Part shown: one piece after another, positions 61,275 through 64,000 of the stretch
How the letters are laid out: the number at the start of each line of letters is the position of its first letter
Position numbering within the stretch: the stretch's first letter is position 1
Source of the DNA: Podarcis gaigeae
Taxonomy: Eukaryota
Reading direction: 5' to 3' (one strand)
Length of the DNA stretch: 64,000 bases
NCBI GenBank assembly: GCA_964106915.2
Contig: OZ066914.1
The notes under the pieces: generated by a model
Told to the model about the DNA's origin: nothing
Seen by the model: only the letters and a program-made list of their open reading frames with translations
The model's database searches: none
Program-made: the position numbers and the translations under genes

Positions 61275-64000
61275 TAAAAAGGTAACAAGCTTTCTGTTCC
61301 CAGCAGCGAACAGCATGGCGGGGCTGTACCCCTCCCCTGACCTCTGGCTGGTGTGTTGCTGCATTATCCTGAGATGGGGAGGAGTACAGTGGCAGCAAGG
61401 TTGGCATGGTGCAAGTGCACTGGTGGAGCCAATCTAGTATTCCTGGTGGTGCATTTGGGAAGTCTGATTCACGCTCCTCACCCTCTCCCTCATTGTATGT
61501 GACAACATCTCAGTTGGACAGAGGTGGGCAGCACAGCCCCGGGCTGCTGGCTATACGTTTGCCAGAGAGAAGGGGGGTTTGTAATGGCCTCTTGCTTTTG
61601 GACACTCGCCCATGTAACCTGTCAGGATTGAAGCCTTCAATCAACCAAGAAAGGTCTCCCTGCTTCTCCCAACTACTGGCCCTTTAATTGGTCATTTTTT
61701 CAACTAGCAAGACCTGGGGGACCTTTACTAACTGAAAGCTCTAATCCTAAATAAACTTCCTTAGAAGTAAGTCCACTGAACTGAATGGGACTTCCTTCTG
61801 GGTAAATATCTTGTTCATGATGATGGACACCGTGCAATTGTACAGCCATCTTATTGTCTGTACCATGGTCTTTTGTACATGCTACTAGACAGGAAACAAC
61901 ATACAATCACTTCCTGCATCATTTTTGAAGCATATTTATCAGGAACGGCAGAGCTTTGAAGCTGATCCAAGCTACTTTACAGTATTAAAGTAAGAACAGG
62001 AGTGAGAGCTTCAGTACGCTTGCTAGGTATTCCTTGGGTGGAGCAGGGATGGTGAGAGACATTTTACACACAGATTTCTAGGATCTCCCTGGATTTCTTT
62101 AAAAAATCTGCTAGGGAACAGGGAGGGATGTACTTTAATATGGGAAAAGGACAAGAGAGGCTGAGACTGAGTCATCCAAACCGAGTTAGCACTCTAAGTT
62201 TGCTATTAAAGGGAGTGAGATTAAGGGCAGTCACGATTTGCATTCTACTTCTAGTCAACTGGAGCAATAACTCAGCAGGGCTGCTAAAGTACAGAGTTAC
62301 TGTTTACAGTGGTAGGAGGTATATATAAGTTCAGTGATTACAGTTCTGCGTTGGCTCAGAGATCTATCCTTAAGGCTTAATGGGAGGGCAGCCTGCTATT
62401 TTCAGAGCAAACATGCACAGAACAACAAGAAGCTGCCAAGCTGTTATATCAGGGATAACCAGGATACAGTAAAATTGTATCCATCTTGCTTCACTCTGAA
62501 AAAGCACTCTCTGTCAGTACCCTGCATTCCAGAGAATGGCTTGGCAGGAGGGATGGGTACCTTTCCCAGTTATATAAAGGGCAAATCAGCAACAGTTGCC
62601 GTACATCACCCCTGTCAAGCTAAAAGAAAAGGAAAAAATAACGCCCTGCTATTTGGTTTCAGCCGAAAGAGAGCGTCACAGAAACCCTTACCAGCATGAT
62701 CTAATTGGTCATGCAACTTCTCAAAAGCTTCCTTCTCAAATGATAATAATAATTTTAAAAACCCCTTCCTGTACTTTAGGGGATTTATAGCATTTGTGCT
62801 TGTGTGTGCATGGATTAATTCTTATCCATAAGTGGTAAAAACGGCAAGAGGCTTTGCAGGATCCTTGTTAAATCAGATGAGAAGAAACATATCACTCCCT
62901 AGCAGCTAAATTCACCCAAAATAATTCATTTTACTCACCTCTGTTTCAGGGTAGTCCTACATGTTACTGTGGGAAGCAGGCTGACCCCCCCCCCAGGAAG
63001 TGATAGTTGAACCCTTAGCCGATAAATATTTACAAATTTCACATCTTTGCTTTGGCAGCTAAGAAGCTCCAGTCCAGTTATGTTAATGCATCATACTTTA
63101 TGCTGTTGATTTTCATGCTGCAGACTTTTATGCTGTAGATGTTACTGGTAATGTTGTGCGATTTTAGAGGAATCCCTTTGTTGTCCATTGTGAAGGCCTT
63201 TGGCTACATACAATAAACTGATTGATTGATACTGAGGGAAGCATAAACCAAGGGTTCACCTCACTGCGCTAAAGTGAGGGCGAGGGAGGTATCTGCAGGG
63301 GAGAAGGGTTTATCCTTCCCCCGAAAGTCTATTATTTGCCAAAATAATAATGCTTCCTTCCTCCTCCACACACTTATCTTCTTCACTTGTTCTTTCTGTC
63401 ATCCCAGCTTAACTACGTATAGAGCCTCTATAGAGAAAGCATGATGTTAAGCAGTGCTAAAAACTAGCCGTTAGGGGCTGCTGTTTAAGACAGAAAGCCC
63501 TTTGACGGAGATTTCCATGCAGTGGCACAGCTGCCTTCTGGGAAGTATAAATCAGCAAGTATAAATCAGCCTGGAGCAGGCCTGGATTGAGTCACACCAC
63601 CAGGGTCACAACACTTGTGAGGATATAGGAAGTATCCTTATACAGGGTCACTGAATTATGGTATATGCAGCTAGGTGGACAGTGACAACTCTGTGCCGCA
63701 CATTGGGTGTTTTTTTTTTTAATTACCTTTAGAAATACTTAAAGCAATTTATGAAACCCAGATATTTAAGGACTGTTTGAACACACCACAGTGGCAGAAA
63801 ATTAAAAGTTTTTGTCCCTAGGTACCAAACTTTCAATAGCTCTAGCTTTGCAAAACAGAAAACAGCCCTGACAACCCGCAGCCTTCTGCAAAATTCCTAC
63901 TTCCTAGCTCTTCACCACTCAACTTTTCAATTCCAGTCCATTACAGTGGTACCTTGGGTTACAGACGCTTCATGTTACAGACTCTGCATGTGTAAGAACC

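Overview
This is vertebrate genomic DNA from a squamate reptile, most likely a lacertid lizard, judging by the Sauria SINEs and lizard-type CR1/L2/MITE repeats. It contains the conserved TTLL5 - ERG28 (C14orf1) - FLVCR2 syntenic block. TTLL5 (minus strand, tubulin polyglutamylase) has a non-coding exon 1 near 36.2 kb and 13 coding exons from 34656 down to 631 (1189 coding nt); the gene continues past the left edge. ERG28 (plus strand) is complete: 140 aa, CDS 37576-37708, 39802-39892, 43214-43332 and 43612-43691, head-to-head with TTLL5 across a CpG island. FLVCR2 (minus strand, MFS transporter) contributes exons 6-9 at 59062-56852; its last exon is unresolved and the gene starts beyond the right edge. 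All assigned coding-exon junctions are GT-AG, and exon lengths match the human orthologues as I recall them (TTLL5 first coding exon +3 nt). The rest is intronic or intergenic, with many SINEs, LINE relics, MITEs and microsatellites. Most entries in the supplied ORF track are spurious. I found no convincing new protein-coding system. The best leads are a two-uORF relay on TTLL5, a 5S-headed SINE sharing a CR1 tail with tRNA-headed SINEs, a repeat-derived AG|GTAAGT site in TTLL5 intron 12, possible alternative last exons of ERG28 and FLVCR2, and a palindrome plus 21-bp direct-repeat scar.
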